Below, in pieces: positions 5,865 through 6,359 of a stretch of DNA of 6,359 nucleotides. Origin of the DNA: a virus (taxonomy: Duplodnaviria; Heunggongvirae; Uroviricota; Caudoviricetes); the IMG/VR virus record IMGVR_UViG_2619619134_000014; one strand, 5' to 3'. Made by a program: the position numbers and the translations under genes. The notes under the pieces were generated by a model. The model searched no databases and was not told where the DNA came from. It worked only from the letters and a program-made list of their open reading frames with translations. Each line of letters starts with the position of its first letter. Position 1 is the stretch's first letter.

Positions 5865-5890
5865 AACCCGCCGAGTGCGGGTTTTCTTTT
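5865..5890 (+). terminator. putative Rho-independent terminator
   Basis: AACCCGC (5865-5871), loop CGAGT, GCGGGTT (5877-5883), followed by TTTCTTTT. This is a 7-bp GC-rich stem with a T-rich tail, 20 nt after the TAA at 5842-5844. Confidence 0.6.
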
Positions 5891-5933
5891 ATCTGAACTC
5901 GCTACGGCTAGTTTTGTTTTATGGAGATGATAA

Positions 5934-6101
5934 ATGCACTTCCGAGTCACAGGTGAATGGAATGGAGAACCATTCAACAGAGTTATCGAAGCGGAGAACA
6001 TCAACGACTGCTATGACCACTGGATGATATGGGCGCAGATAGCGCATGCAGACGTAACCAATATTCGAATTGAAGAACTGAAAGAACACCAAGCCGCCTG
6101 A
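5934..6101 (+). CDS. hypothetical small protein (55 aa)
   Basis: Below the ORF-track size cutoff; found manually. GGAG lies 7 nt upstream of ATG 5934. Translation MHFRVTGEWNGEPFNRVIEAENINDCYDHWMIWAQIAHADVTNIRIEELKEHQAA. It is flanked by intrinsic terminators on both sides. Confidence 0.55.
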   Translation: MHFRVTGEWNGEPFNRVIEAENINDCYDHWMIWAQIAHADVTNIRIEELKEHQAA

Positions 6102-6114
6102 TGGCGGTTTTTTA
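6093..6114 (+). terminator. putative Rho-independent terminator overlapping the stop codon of the 55-aa gene
   Basis: GCCGCC (6093-6098), loop TGAT, GGCGG (6103-6107), followed by TTTTTTATT. The TGA stop (6099-6101) lies in the loop. Confidence 0.6.
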
Positions 6115-6158
6115 TTGCCTGATTTGCAGGTTCGATTCCCTATTCGGAGATAGCACTC

Positions 6159-6359
6159 ATGCAACACGAACTACAACCTGATTCACTGGTTGATTTGAAA
6201 TTCATCATGGCTGATACTGGCTTCGGTAAGACCTTCATCTATGACCGGATTAAGTCCGGCGACCTGCCAAAAGCCAAAGTTATCCACGGGCGAGCAAGAT
6301 GGTTATATCGTGACCATTGTGAATTCAAAAATAAGCTCTTAAGCCGCGCCAATGGGTAA
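6159..6359 (+). CDS. alpA: AlpA-family phage regulatory protein / excisionase-like DNA-binding protein (66 aa)
   Basis: Translation MQHELQPDSLVDLKFIMADTGFGKTFIYDRIKSGDLPKAKVIHGRARWLYRDHCEFKNKLLSRANG fits the AlpA/Vis-type helix-turn-helix pattern (..TG.S..TIY..I..G.FP.P.K.G.R...W.). GGAG lies 9 nt upstream of the ATG. Confidence 0.72.
   Translation: MQHELQPDSLVDLKFIMADTGFGKTFIYDRIKSGDLPKAKVIHGRARWLYRDHCEFKNKLLSRANG

Noticed and set aside
6124-6145. tRNA T-loop-like motif GGTTCGATTCC (6129-6139) upstream of the AlpA-like gene, as a possible att or tRNA remnant
   Set aside because: The flanking bases do not form the required 5-bp T-stem (GCAGG versus CCCTA pairs at only 2 of 5 positions) and there is no acceptor stem or CCA. 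Most likely a chance match, though an att-site search in the downstream sequence would settle it.
5298-6167. Minus-strand ORFs 5298..5756, 5312..5521, 5756..6004 and 5919..6167
   Set aside because: The translations are not protein-like and there are no RBSs. They span plus-strand genes and both intrinsic terminators, whose orientation supports plus-strand transcription.
1-6359. CRISPR arrays, rRNA or tRNA genes
   Set aside because: No regularly spaced direct repeats, no tRNA-like cloverleaf candidates with proper stems, and no rRNA-like sequence were seen on reading the window.

Overview
This window looks like a decayed lambdoid (lambda/P22-like) prophage remnant from an enterobacterial genome, read by eye from sequence and ORF translations without any database search. 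Positions 1-331 are the end of an IS1 element (insA on the minus strand) inserted into the 3' end of a ninH homologue. Positions 332-2742 carry a minus-strand nin-type operon (ninH', ninG, ninF, NinX-like, ninE, NinB-like, a small 2-TM membrane protein, and an unidentified gene that appears 5'-truncated) with tightly coupled start/stop codons. Around 2745-2830 two divergent operons meet with both flanking genes lacking their 5' ends. I read this as a deletion scar that removed the immunity region, the early promoters and the replication genes. To the right, on the plus strand, are a C-terminal fragment of a Rad52/Erf-like annealing protein, a phage SSB with an unusual C-terminal extension past the DDDIPF tip, four tightly coupled small genes (one possibly Abc2-like, one ead/Ea22-like with a CxxC pair), an AT-rich promoter-driven small gene, a decayed small ORF, a terminator-bracketed 55-aa gene and an AlpA-family excisionase/regulator at the window end. 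I found no rRNA, tRNA or CRISPR array. The best candidates for something undescribed are the coupled small-gene cluster downstream of ssb and the stand-alone small-gene cassettes near AlpA, but their functions cannot be established from sequence alone.
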